64,000 nt of DNA from a virus (taxonomy: Duplodnaviria; Caudoviricetes). The position numbers and the translations under genes are program-made. Positions 38,557-46,790 of the stretch are shown piece by piece. Every line of letters starts with the position of its first letter. Within the stretch, counting starts at the first letter, position 1. Below the pieces are notes generated by a model that did not search any database, was not told the DNA's origin, and was given only the letters and a program-made list of their open reading frames with translations. Where the stretch lies: the IMG/VR virus record IMGVR_UViG_2874444136_000005, positions 1 through 64,000 of that record. One strand, written 5' to 3'.

Positions 38557-39052
38557 AAATCCTCTCTATCTCTTTGCCGAACCCCTCCAGCAGGTCGCCG
38601 AACGGCTGCAACTGCTGAGGGTGATTGTCTTTGATGTACGCGGCCAACAGCTGGATCACTTCAAGCGCGATGGCCAGGCGGGACACCTCCGGCATGGCGC
38701 GCTTGCTGCTGGCGACAGCCTTGTTAAACGCATCCGACAGGCTGGCCAGCAGCTTCACGCGGTCTTCGGGTTTAATGTCCACATCGTCATAGGCCAGCTT
38801 GTCCATGGTGGTTTTGAACTGCACCACCAGGCCGGTGAACATGGCCAGAGTCAGTTCTTCCAGGCCACCGCCGGCGAGCATACGCGCGCCGCGCAGCGTC
38901 TCCCAATCGTCGCCGGCGGCTTTGCTGTCGTTCTTCCAGCGTTGCGCCGTCCCGTAAGAGACACCGCACTGCACGGCCGCCACCTCCAGTGAGAGGCCGT
39001 CGAATACATAGGCCCGGCGTAACCGGTCGCGCGTCTCTGGCGGGTATGCCAT
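38549..39052 (-). CDS. DUF1804 family putative small terminase
   Basis: AYVFDGLSLE.AA..GVSYGTAQRWK..GDDW. Confidence 0.8.
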   Translation of the reverse strand: MAYPPETRDRLRRAYVFDGLSLEVAAVQCGVSYGTAQRWKNDSKAAGDDWETLRGARMLAGGGLEELTLAMFTGLVVQFKTTMDKLAYDDVDIKPEDRVKLLASLSDAFNKAVASSKRAMPEVSRLAIALEVIQLLAAYIKDNHPQQLQPFGDLLEGFGKEIERIYG

Positions 39053-39279
39053 CAGCCAACCCCCAGTTTTGCCTTGATCAACATAATCGTGGTGTACACG
39101 AGGCCGCCGCTGACGCTGCCGGTGATCGCACCGGCGATAGCGCCCTGGCGAATGGCCGAGGACTTGACGTCATCCAGGCTGCTCTCCATTCGCGCCAGAC
39201 GCTGATTGATTTCAGACAGCAACGCCATTTCGGCAGACGTTGCCGGCCCCCGGCGGTAGCGCGATGCGCGTCGGCCCAT
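39052..39279 (-). CDS. Hypothetical protein (C-terminal hydrophobic segment)
   Basis: AGGAG RBS; translationally coupled to the next gene. Confidence 0.55.
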   Translation of the reverse strand: MGRRASRYRRGPATSAEMALLSEINQRLARMESSLDDVKSSAIRQGAIAGAITGSVSGGLVYTTIMLIKAKLGVG

Positions 39280-39281
39280 GG

Positions 39282-39530
39282 TTAGCTCCTTTTATCCGCT
39301 TTGCGGTCTAGTTTCTGGTCGATGTGCTCGACACTGCGTTTTACATCCTTCAACAAGTCCAGTAACTGGTCATTGTTTCGCTGTGCATCGTCCCGGCGCT
39401 GGTATTCCGTGCGGATGGCCTGGAGGCCATTCCGCAGGTCTTTCAGCTCGGCAAACAGATATTTAAAAAGAAAACCGAACAGCCCCATCAACAGGGTCAT
39501 TGCGATGTTAAACGCCATTTCAAGGGTCAT
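39282..39530 (-). CDS. Membrane-anchored coiled-coil protein (Mu gp25-like position)
   Basis: N-terminal TM plus coiled coil after the spanins. Confidence 0.6.
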   Translation of the reverse strand: MTLEMAFNIAMTLLMGLFGFLFKYLFAELKDLRNGLQAIRTEYQRRDDAQRNNDQLLDLLKDVKRSVEHIDQKLDRKADKRS

Positions 39531-40147
39531 TGTTCCCTCCCGCCGTACCATTGATTAAGTTGCTGCAACTGAGCCTCTAAGGACTGACACCAGGCGCCAT
39601 AATCGGCGCTGTGCCGGATGAGACCACCGGCGGAGAGTCCGCCTGCGCTGCCGGGGGCTTCGGCGGAATGGCCAGCAAGGCCGCCGGCGGTGTTGGGCAA
39701 CTGCTGACCACAATCGGCATAGCCGAGGGCGGCGTTGTAGAGGCACAGCCCGCGAGGGCCAATGCCGGTAAAACCCACATCGTTTTTAACCGCATCGTCG
39801 ATCGCCTTCTTGAGTTTGTCCTTCGTTGCCTGCAGGTGAGATTGGCTCTGCTGCAGCTCGCGTGAAAGTTTGTCGCCGAGCTGCTGCGCCGCCTGCAGCT
39901 CTCGCAGCGCTTTAGCCATGGCCAGGGCGTGCTGCTCGGCCTGCTGGCGCAGCGTTTCATTCAGCGCAGACTTGTCCGCAGCCAACTGACCGATGGTTTT
40001 GTTGGCTTTCGTCAGGTCGCCCTGCAGTTGAGCGCGGCCGACAGATTGCCCCAGGTAATACGCACCTGCACCGATACATACCGGTAGCAGGTAGGCAAGC
40101 AAATAGGATTTAAGGTGACTAAACACCAGACTGAGAGTTAACGGCAT
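39527..40147 (-). CDS. i-spanin (Rz-like)
   Basis: N-terminal TM, long coiled coil, LYNAA motif; follows endolysin/holin. Confidence 0.75.
   Translation of the reverse strand: MPLTLSLVFSHLKSYLLAYLLPVCIGAGAYYLGQSVGRAQLQGDLTKANKTIGQLAADKSALNETLRQQAEQHALAMAKALRELQAAQQLGDKLSRELQQSQSHLQATKDKLKKAIDDAVKNDVGFTGIGPRGLCLYNAALGYADCGQQLPNTAGGLAGHSAEAPGSAGGLSAGGLIRHSADYGAWCQSLEAQLQQLNQWYGGREQ
39577..39795 (-). CDS. Embedded o-spanin lipoprotein (Rz1-like)
   Basis: MRLKTMWVLPALALAGC lipobox; Pro-rich CPTPPAALL. Confidence 0.75.
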   Translation of the reverse strand: MRLKTMWVLPALALAGCASTTPPSAMPIVVSSCPTPPAALLAIPPKPPAAQADSPPVVSSGTAPIMAPGVSP

Positions 40148-40403
40148 CGCCCACCTCCAGCTTGGCCTTGTCTCGCTTGATGGCGACGAATTTCGACGCC
40201 TGAGACTGGAAAACGAACGCGCCCAGGTAGGCAGCCAGGTGCCACTCTTCCAAGTGACCGGTCACCGTAACCCAGACGATAACGAACGACGCCACCAGGA
40301 ACGCGCCCAGCACCATGGTGTCCGAGGTGGACAAGCGGCCCGTGGCCGGATTGGTGATGAGTTCGCCCAGGCGGCGCAACAGCGTGCTTATCAGCGCGGA
40401 CAT
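40119..40403 (-). CDS. Putative holin (2 TM)
   Basis: ELITNPATGRLSTSDT plus two hydrophobic segments in the lysis cassette. Confidence 0.65.
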   Translation of the reverse strand: MSALISTLLRRLGELITNPATGRLSTSDTMVLGAFLVASFVIVWVTVTGHLEEWHLAAYLGAFVFQSQASKFVAIKRDKAKLEVGDAVNSQSGV

Positions 40404-41041
40404 AAGGCGGCCTCGGCATCTTTCAGTCGGGCCAGGCGGTCATCCACCCCCAACATCCCGCTGTTGATCCGGCGCGTCAGCCCTTTGAAATCACCGCTGT
40501 CGGCGTAGTTGTTGAGATTGTTCGACCACCAGAAGAACGCGGCAGAACGGGCCGCCGGCAGCGGCTGCAGCAGCAAGTCAGGACTGCCGAGCAGATCAAG
40601 CCCCAGGGCATTGCCGGCGGCGCGGTAATTGTTCTTGAAGGTGGTTTGAATCAGCCCACGGCCACGATAGCGCCAGCCGTCCCCGGATGACTCCGGGCCA
40701 TTGCCGCCCCGGTTGGCGTAGGCCCGGTTGGCCAGCTTCTCCGGGCGGCGAACGTAGCCGCGCGCAAACTCGATTTCGTCCGGGTCAACCACACCGTCGC
40801 CATCGAGATCAAAGCCGGTGCGAAAGAGGGTCGCAATGCGGCGGGCGTCGGTGTAGTAAAGGCTTTCGGACAGCGAGGTGAAACTGTTGCTCTCATGGCC
40901 AACCTGCGCCAGAAACGCCGCCTGGCGTTTGGGGGTATCGATGCCAAACTCCGCCATCGCTGACGTGATAGGCGCGTGCCAGCGTGACACATTGGCGGGG
41001 GTTAACCTGGCTGCACGGCGTAACTGTTCGGGGGTAATCAT
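40391..41041 (-). CDS. GH19-family endolysin
   Basis: AAFLAQVGHES; GDGWRYRGRGLIQ; TRRINSG. Confidence 0.9.
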   Translation of the reverse strand: MITPEQLRRAARLTPANVSRWHAPITSAMAEFGIDTPKRQAAFLAQVGHESNSFTSLSESLYYTDARRIATLFRTGFDLDGDGVVDPDEIEFARGYVRRPEKLANRAYANRGGNGPESSGDGWRYRGRGLIQTTFKNNYRAAGNALGLDLLGSPDLLLQPLPAARSAAFFWWSNNLNNYADSGDFKGLTRRINSGMLGVDDRLARLKDAEAALCPR

Positions 41042-41071
41042 AAAAAAGCACCATCCGGTGAAAGATGGTGC
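41042..41071 (-). terminator. Intrinsic terminator directly before the endolysin ATG
   Basis: GCACCATC-N8-GATGGTGC-TTTTTT-ATG. Confidence 0.7.
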
Positions 41072-41119
41072 CAGTATGATTAAAACGGAGTTTTTCAAAG
41101 CGGGGACGCTGTTCGTCAC
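41066..41119 (-). promoter_or_regulatory. Late promoter P(lys): activator site plus -10
   Basis: GTGACGAACAGCGTCCCC, 23 nt, CATACT. Confidence 0.7.
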
Positions 41120-41141
41120 CCTTTGATATCAGGCAAATTTA

Positions 41142-41591
41142 CTATAACAGATCTAATTGCTGTGACGATACCTGTCGCTCAGCCAGCAGCTTTTGCGCCC
41201 ACCGGTCAGTCACACCGTATTTGGGGCAAAGCGTGATGCGCGCAAAGCGGGAGCTTTCACCGGCCGCCACCAGAGCGTTGTGCTCGTCGATGAAACGGCG
41301 ATTACGCCACTCACGCAACGCGCTGTCACAGCGCGGAATATACAGCGGTTCACTGCCGAAGTGTTTTTCGATGATAGCGGCCGTCTCCTTGCCGAGCAGC
41401 TCGATCAGCAGTTCGCCGCGCCGGTTACCCTTTTTACGCACGGACTTGCCGACCTTGAAGGTGATGCCGCCAAGATGGCTTATCATTTCCTCGGTCTTGG
41501 CGTAGCCAATCAGTGAGATCAGCTCAATGACCACCGACGGTAACAGCGCTTCAACCTGGCTTAAATCGGGCTTGATCTCGTTAAATTTCAT
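41142..41591 (-). CDS. Mor/C-family transcription activator
   Basis: FGSEPLYIPRC...RNRRFI; C-terminal HTH KYGVTDRWAQKLL. Confidence 0.85.
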   Translation of the reverse strand: MKFNEIKPDLSQVEALLPSVVIELISLIGYAKTEEMISHLGGITFKVGKSVRKKGNRRGELLIELLGKETAAIIEKHFGSEPLYIPRCDSALREWRNRRFIDEHNALVAAGESSRFARITLCPKYGVTDRWAQKLLAERQVSSQQLDLL

Positions 41592-42010
41592 GATGGCTTA
41601 CTCCGGTTTTTGCGGCGTTTGGCGTCGATGATGAGCGCCTTCATCACTGCAGACAGCTGCTCGACGGTCAGCCACTCCAGCACATGCTGCTGGTACATGT
41701 GCGCCGCCAGCCCCTCGGCGTAGTTCCAGGGGCGCTTGGCCTCGGCCAGTAGCGCCTCAATCTTGGCCAGGATAGCCTCTTTCGTGTGCGCCACTTTGGG
41801 CCGGCGTCCGTGCCGGGCGGTTTTGCGGGGGAACCCCTGCTGATGAAGGTACTCCCGGACGCGCTGCAGCTCGTCCAGCGAGCACTGCCGGCAGGAGGTT
41901 TTACCGTCGGTAACCCTGGCAATCATCTGACGATAGGTGTCGTCATCCATCCCCAGAAACGCCTGTCCGGCCTTGATGGCCCCGATGAGGCCTTTCGCGT
42001 TAGGTGTCAT
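41588..42010 (-). CDS. gemA: GemA/gp16 (DUF1018) family protein
   Basis: LGMDDDTYR..GKTSC; KIEALL..PWNYAEG. Confidence 0.85.
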   Translation of the reverse strand: MTPNAKGLIGAIKAGQAFLGMDDDTYRQMIARVTDGKTSCRQCSLDELQRVREYLHQQGFPRKTARHGRRPKVAHTKEAILAKIEALLAEAKRPWNYAEGLAAHMYQQHVLEWLTVEQLSAVMKALIIDAKRRKNRSKPS

Positions 42011-42204
42011 ATCAAACTCCCGTACACTTTGGGGCGGTCAACCGTCGCCCACTGGATCTCTTTCTCGTCGTAGACCTGGTAAGCGCCGCCGTCCCACTGC
42101 ACGCCGTAACGAAATCGCTCATCCGGCATTGGAAACACGTTGAGAACAACGCCCCGGCCAGGCCGGGGCGGCAACTTAACCACGCTGCCCTTGGGGTACT
42201 TCAT
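42007..42204 (-). CDS. Hypothetical protein
   Basis: GGAGG RBS; coupled early-operon ORF. Confidence 0.55.
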   Translation of the reverse strand: MKYPKGSVVKLPPRPGRGVVLNVFPMPDERFRYGVQWDGGAYQVYDEKEIQWATVDRPKVYGSLI

Positions 42205-42424
42205 GAAAGGCCTCCAGAGGCTCCAGACGGTAGACGGAGACGCCGCCAATCTTGCCCTCGACCCGCACCACGGTCTTACCGTTCTGCAGGTGCCAGGCCA
42301 CCGAGCGCGTCACCACTTCTTCGCAGTCAGGCACGCCGACAACGGGGTAGTAGCGAAACCGCGAACCCACCGGAAAACGCCGGTTAAAGTCTTTGGCGCT
42401 GGTTTTGCGCAGGATGTTTTTCAT
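42176..42424 (-). CDS. Hypothetical protein
   Basis: GGAGG RBS; FNRRFPVGSRF..TRSVAW motif. Confidence 0.6.
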   Translation of the reverse strand: MKNILRKTSAKDFNRRFPVGSRFRYYPVVGVPDCEEVVTRSVAWHLQNGKTVVRVEGKIGGVSVYRLEPLEAFHEVPQGQRG

Positions 42425-43157
42425 GTGGCCTCCACTGGCGGCTTGTCAGCTCGATATAACGGCGTACGAAAAGATCACTCGCCTTGCGAGGTGATAATGG
42501 AGAAATAATGAATTGGTCGGTCGGCTCAATGCCTTTGATAATGTCCCACTGATCGCCATCATCAATGTCAAAATCACGACGTTCGGTAGCCAGCATGACC
42601 AAATCCGCCTGTTTGACTTCGGCACTTTTCTCGCGAGGCAGGCCGAACTTGTCACGGATGGCGCTATCAACCATCGCCTCGACATCACGATAATCCGGTA
42701 GTAATGCCTTGAGCGGAGCCGGAATATCCTGGCAATAGGCTTCGCTGGCGTCGTGCAGCAATGCTTCCAGAGCGAATTCCGGCGGCACCAGGTGACTCAC
42801 CAAGACTGAATGTTGTGCAACACTATAAAACTGCCATAAGTGACCACAAAACCTACATAAATGAGATAAAGCCTGGGCAATATCGTTAATGTGAATCATG
42901 TCTGGTGTAATACTTTCGTAGCAGAAATGGCGACCACTAAAGGTGCGAATATAATGCTGCTGTGCCGGCTGCTGTAGGTTGATTTCAACGCAGTTCGTCA
43001 ACAGTTCGGCATCCAGCATTTCATCCGCTATCCGGTAGGCTGATTTGGCCATATCGGCGTAATCGGCCCAGGCTCCGGTATTTAGGCCGCTAATTACCAG
43101 CGCCTGCATAGCTGCGCTGGCGTACTGCTGGCGAATATTCAGGGTTTCATTTTTCAT
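42384..43157 (-). CDS. HD-domain 5'-deoxynucleotidase-like (YfbR/YfdR family) with N-terminal phage domain
   Basis: DIAQALS..RF.GH..YSVAQHS; ALLHDASEAY; VKQAD. Confidence 0.8.
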   Translation of the reverse strand: MKNETLNIRQQYASAAMQALVISGLNTGAWADYADMAKSAYRIADEMLDAELLTNCVEINLQQPAQQHYIRTFSGRHFCYESITPDMIHINDIAQALSHLCRFCGHLWQFYSVAQHSVLVSHLVPPEFALEALLHDASEAYCQDIPAPLKALLPDYRDVEAMVDSAIRDKFGLPREKSAEVKQADLVMLATERRDFDIDDGDQWDIIKGIEPTDQFIISPLSPRKASDLFVRRYIELTSRQWRPHEKHPAQNQRQRL

Positions 43158-43195
43158 CGGTAATTCTCCGGATATAGAGTGCATTAACTTAGAGT

Positions 43196-43735
43196 TCACA
43201 ATGCCCCCTCATAATGTTTTCTTTTTTCGAAGTTCACCCAACTGCGAACTGTTCTGTCATTGAGTTCTAATTTTTCGGCTATCATTTTTGACGTTAGCCC
43301 TACGTCAGATAGTTTTCGTGCCAGCTCTACCTCGTCCTTCCCATATCGGCAAAATAAGTGGCGCTCACCGAAAGGACGGCCCGGTTGTATTCCATTGCTG
43401 CGCATAGTTACACGAATGGTATCTTCCGTTCGCCCCAAAAACTCAGCGATTTCCCTTTGTGACATTACTTGCCTTTTATCCCGCATGAACTTTATTTCCC
43501 ACTCATCAAATTTTTTGTGGCATTGATAAAGTTCGACTCCGTACTTAATGGCCTTTCTTCTTAACGTGCTGACGTGGCATTGCAGCAGCGCCGCCAATTT
43601 GGGCGCGGGCATTTTTGGGCCTAACCTGAACAAAAGAGCAACTCGGATTGGATGCCATTGTTTGATTCTTACCTTATACATCGTCCATTGATGCGCCTCG
43701 AGTTTGTATATAAAACTCGTTTGTGGGATGTTCAT
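43196..43735 (-). CDS. Multi-HTH hypothetical protein
   Basis: SQREIAEFLGRT and SKMIAEKLELNDRTV. Confidence 0.55.
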   Translation of the reverse strand: MNIPQTSFIYKLEAHQWTMYKVRIKQWHPIRVALLFRLGPKMPAPKLAALLQCHVSTLRRKAIKYGVELYQCHKKFDEWEIKFMRDKRQVMSQREIAEFLGRTEDTIRVTMRSNGIQPGRPFGERHLFCRYGKDEVELARKLSDVGLTSKMIAEKLELNDRTVRSWVNFEKRKHYEGAL

Positions 43736-43962
43736 TGGAACCTCCAGAGTTTTTTATGGCGCTCTACTGCTTGTTTCATCGCGACACGCTCACCATTGGT
43801 GTGAACCTTGTTGCCGCGCGGGTCATAGAACTGAAAGCGCGAACGTACAGGCAAACGCGGATATTCGATCACCGTGGCTTTATTGGTAAGGTGATAAACA
43901 CGCTTGGCGCCACCATCCTGGTGCTGGCAGCCAGAAACCGACAAAAAGGTCGTTAGTGTCAT
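43732..43962 (-). CDS. Hypothetical protein
   Basis: GGAGG RBS; coupled ORF. Confidence 0.55.
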   Translation of the reverse strand: MTLTTFLSVSGCQHQDGGAKRVYHLTNKATVIEYPRLPVRSRFQFYDPRGNKVHTNGERVAMKQAVERHKKLWRFQ

Positions 43963-44177
43963 GCGCCAATCCCTCCCCAATTACGATGAATATTACCGGC
44001 GGCTTTAATGGGGTCATTGTTCCACCACGCACCGGACATGTACCTACGCACTTCCTGCCTCCCAGCCAGCACGCCAATTACAATTCCTGGCCGCACGTTC
44101 TTGAATAAGGCCCGGGCGAAAAGGTATTTATTGGCAATGGCTGATGGTTTTAATGGTTTACGTTTGGGGAATATCAT
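43959..44177 (-). CDS. Hypothetical protein
   Basis: ATGA-type overlaps with both neighbours. Confidence 0.55.
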   Translation of the reverse strand: MIFPKRKPLKPSAIANKYLFARALFKNVRPGIVIGVLAGRQEVRRYMSGAWWNNDPIKAAGNIHRNWGGIGA

Positions 44178-44560
44178 TGGCCATCCCTCTTTACGGTAAA
44201 ACCAGCGGCCTGGATGGCTTCGACGGCTTCATCAACCTTTATCATCTTGCCGGATAACTTGCCGTCGCTGACAAGGTAGACCGTTGGCAACCGCACTGGC
44301 ACAGCCAGCTTGGTCTCCAATAATCGGGCATAATCGCTAATATCCTTTGCCGTCCAACCGCCATCAATAGCTGCCTGCGGCAACCCTTGAAGCACCAATT
44401 CCAATTCATAAACCCGAGCAGCCAAATTATCCCGCTGCGTTTTTACGGCGAGGTGGTCTTGATACTCCACATATTCGCCGTCTGGTGTCTCACGCATAAA
44501 CGCCATTTCGTGTGACATATGCATTGAACAATCTGGGGTATATCGTTTCATTTCGCTCAC
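44174..44560 (-). CDS. Hypothetical protein
   Basis: DGEYVEYQD and EAIQAAGFTVK motifs common in phage early proteins. Confidence 0.55.
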   Translation of the reverse strand: MSEMKRYTPDCSMHMSHEMAFMRETPDGEYVEYQDHLAVKTQRDNLAARVYELELVLQGLPQAAIDGGWTAKDISDYARLLETKLAVPVRLPTVYLVSDGKLSGKMIKVDEAVEAIQAAGFTVKRDGQ

Positions 44561-44685
44561 CCCTTAAAGAGAAAGTAAATACCAATACCGCCAGTGATAA
44601 GGAGAACCCAAAAAACCACACATCCCCAAAATAGGGTCTCCCAGATATCTTTTGCACATGCATCCACAATTGATTTCTTATCCAT
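44557..44685 (-). CDS. Small TM protein (42 aa, not in ORF track)
   Basis: MDKKSIVDACAKDIWETLFWGCVVFWVLLITGGIGIYFLFKG; GAGG RBS; GTGA overlap. Confidence 0.5.
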   Translation of the reverse strand: MDKKSIVDACAKDIWETLFWGCVVFWVLLITGGIGIYFLFKG

Positions 44686-44766
44686 TATGCAAGCCTCATA
44701 TTTTAGGCGTAAGCGCGCCCCTGCGGGTTTACGCCATAATTAAAAGTCAGTTATTTACGTTTAAAT

Positions 44767-44964
44767 TCAGTCGGTCGGTGTTAACGATTCAATATTGACG
44801 AAATATGGTGCAACATTGATTTCCACAACCGTTGCCGATTTAAGGTCTCGGGCTGCTTCCACAGTCCTGACCACCGGGCCACCACATAGCACCCGGTTAG
44901 GCTGATAAATAAACGTACTGCCGATTTTGTGCTGCTGGTTAAATAACTTTGCTTTTGAACCCAT
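44767..44964 (-). CDS. Hypothetical protein
   Basis: 65 aa directly after the DUF3164-like gene. Confidence 0.55.
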   Translation of the reverse strand: MGSKAKLFNQQHKIGSTFIYQPNRVLCGGPVVRTVEAARDLKSATVVEINVAPYFVNIESLTPTD

Positions 44965-44965
44965 A

Positions 44966-45595
44966 TCACACCGCCGCGATATTAATAGGGATGCTATTCA
45001 GCTCACCGCTACTGTCTTTTTTGAAGAACCGAATATAGGTCTTACTGACCGCCACCTGCAGGGACTCAGAAATGCAGTCCATCGCTTTAAGCCAGCGTGG
45101 ATCATCAATCTTGATGCGACGCAGCGATAAGATGCGGCCGGTGTTGAGCTTGCCTTCCTGGTCAACGGCGAACGCATCATTCACGATGGCTTTCAGATTT
45201 TTATTGGCACCCTCTGACCACTCGCTCAGGCACTCATCAATAATGTCCTTAGCCACCTGCAGCTCCGGCCCGAACGTCAGCGAGTCCTGCACGGCAATGC
45301 GGATTTGTTGGCTACCGTCGAACGAGGAGAACGTGACGTTGCCTTTCAGGCCGCCGCGCTGACGGTCGTACTTTTCCGCAACCAGATCGAGCCAGGCATA
45401 GCAGTCATCAAAAGACTTATTTTTAAACGCCTTGATGCGCTCGCTTTCATCCTCTGCCTCTTTGACCTGGGCACGAACAAAGGCGTCCATTTCGATATCA
45501 AAAGGGGATACCTGCTCAACAGGAACCAGGCGACCCTTACGGTCTGCCATGTAGCCTTCAGGAATTGTGTTATTTGATGCGACTGCAGTAGTCAT
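44966..45595 (-). CDS. DUF3164 family protein
   Basis: DRKGRLVP; GGLKGNVTFSSFDG; FGPELQVAK. Confidence 0.8.
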   Translation of the reverse strand: MTTAVASNNTIPEGYMADRKGRLVPVEQVSPFDIEMDAFVRAQVKEAEDESERIKAFKNKSFDDCYAWLDLVAEKYDRQRGGLKGNVTFSSFDGSQQIRIAVQDSLTFGPELQVAKDIIDECLSEWSEGANKNLKAIVNDAFAVDQEGKLNTGRILSLRRIKIDDPRWLKAMDCISESLQVAVSKTYIRFFKKDSSGELNSIPINIAAV

Positions 45596-45632
45596 ATAAA
45601 CCTCTTTATTAATAGTCCGAAATAAAACGCAA

Positions 45633-45866
45633 TTAACACCAGATGATGTGTGCGCCATGCCATATCGTCATTTTGACAGTACGCTTAATTCCGTTTCGTG
45701 TTTCCGTGATTTCCACGGCACCCTTTACCCAATCTTGCAGTGGTGCTTCAACTTCAATAACCGGGCGGCGAAAATTAACATGGCACTCAACAACCTTTAA
45801 CCCCACACGCGCCAGACAATTCAACTTCGCCGCAATCTTCTTATTGTTTACCGTTAATTGTTCCAT
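45633..45866 (-). CDS. Hypothetical protein (Mu kil position)
   Basis: GAGG RBS; first gene after B. Confidence 0.55.
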   Translation of the reverse strand: MEQLTVNNKKIAAKLNCLARVGLKVVECHVNFRRPVIEVEAPLQDWVKGAVEITETRNGIKRTVKMTIWHGAHIIWC

Positions 45867-45878
45867 GCTAATGCCTCA

Positions 45879-46775
45879 TTAACTAATTAACATGCCGGCG
45901 ACTTTATCAACCATTGCCTCATCAATCGGCGTGGCGTTAATTTCGCTGGCGCGGATGGTGCCGCGTGCCAATTTGAACAACCGGCGCGCATTACCTTTTG
46001 ATGCCCTGTAAAAGGCGGAAAAAACACTGTCGCTGTTCGCTTCCTCGACCATGTTGGTGAGGATAAGCTGCAGGTCTGCCTGCGGCAGCTTTTCCTGCAG
46101 ATCAAGAGCAAAGCCAACACGGCTATAGAGCTGCGCATACTCGCCGCGCTTGCCTTTCAGGTTGAGGATCAAACGTGGCATACCGGCCAGAACGACGCCT
46201 ACACCGGCCTTGTCATGAATGCGGCGGATGACCTCCAGCGCACGGTACGGCAGGTTCTCGGCCTCATCGATAAGCACAGCACGTCCTGTGCCGCTCAGTG
46301 CGGTGATGCAGCTCTCGCTCAGCTCATGGATGGTGCCGCGCTTGCTGAGGCCCAGGCGGTCGCACAGCTCCTGCAGGAGCACCAACGCGGTATAGCCGGG
46401 GTCGGCCTCAATCAAGATGGCATCACGATAGCGGCGAGCGTACTCCTTCAACATCATGGTTTTGCCCAAACCGGCCGCGCCGTAGATTACGTTGATATCG
46501 TTTTCCAGGTGCGCCATGCGAATGACCTCAAGGCCGCTTTTGGCGGTAATAGTCGGCACGAAATCAATATTCAGATGGTGCAGGCGGTCTTTATCAGACT
46601 CACGCTGAATAAAGCCGGACAGTTCAGATTCCAGGGTTTTAATATCGCCGCTGTATTTCCCACTCAGGAACGTGCTGATCGCCGCCGGGCTGCGACCAAT
46701 GGCGCGCGCTACATGGGATTGCGTGTAGCCCTTACGGCTCATAATTTCTTCAAGCTGTACGCTTATTTTTGACAT
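45879..46775 (-). CDS. B: MuB-like AAA+ transposition ATPase
   Basis: N-terminal HTH; GAAGLGKT; VLIDEAE; GNARRL. Confidence 0.92.
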   Translation of the reverse strand: MSKISVQLEEIMSRKGYTQSHVARAIGRSPAAISTFLSGKYSGDIKTLESELSGFIQRESDKDRLHHLNIDFVPTITAKSGLEVIRMAHLENDINVIYGAAGLGKTMMLKEYARRYRDAILIEADPGYTALVLLQELCDRLGLSKRGTIHELSESCITALSGTGRAVLIDEAENLPYRALEVIRRIHDKAGVGVVLAGMPRLILNLKGKRGEYAQLYSRVGFALDLQEKLPQADLQLILTNMVEEANSDSVFSAFYRASKGNARRLFKLARGTIRASEINATPIDEAMVDKVAGMLIS

Positions 46776-46790
46776 GTTTTATTCTCCAGT

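Noticed and set aside
42384-43157. Z-genome (DatZ/PurZ) system
   Set aside because: HD protein is alone; no PurZ, MazZ or polymerase in the phage
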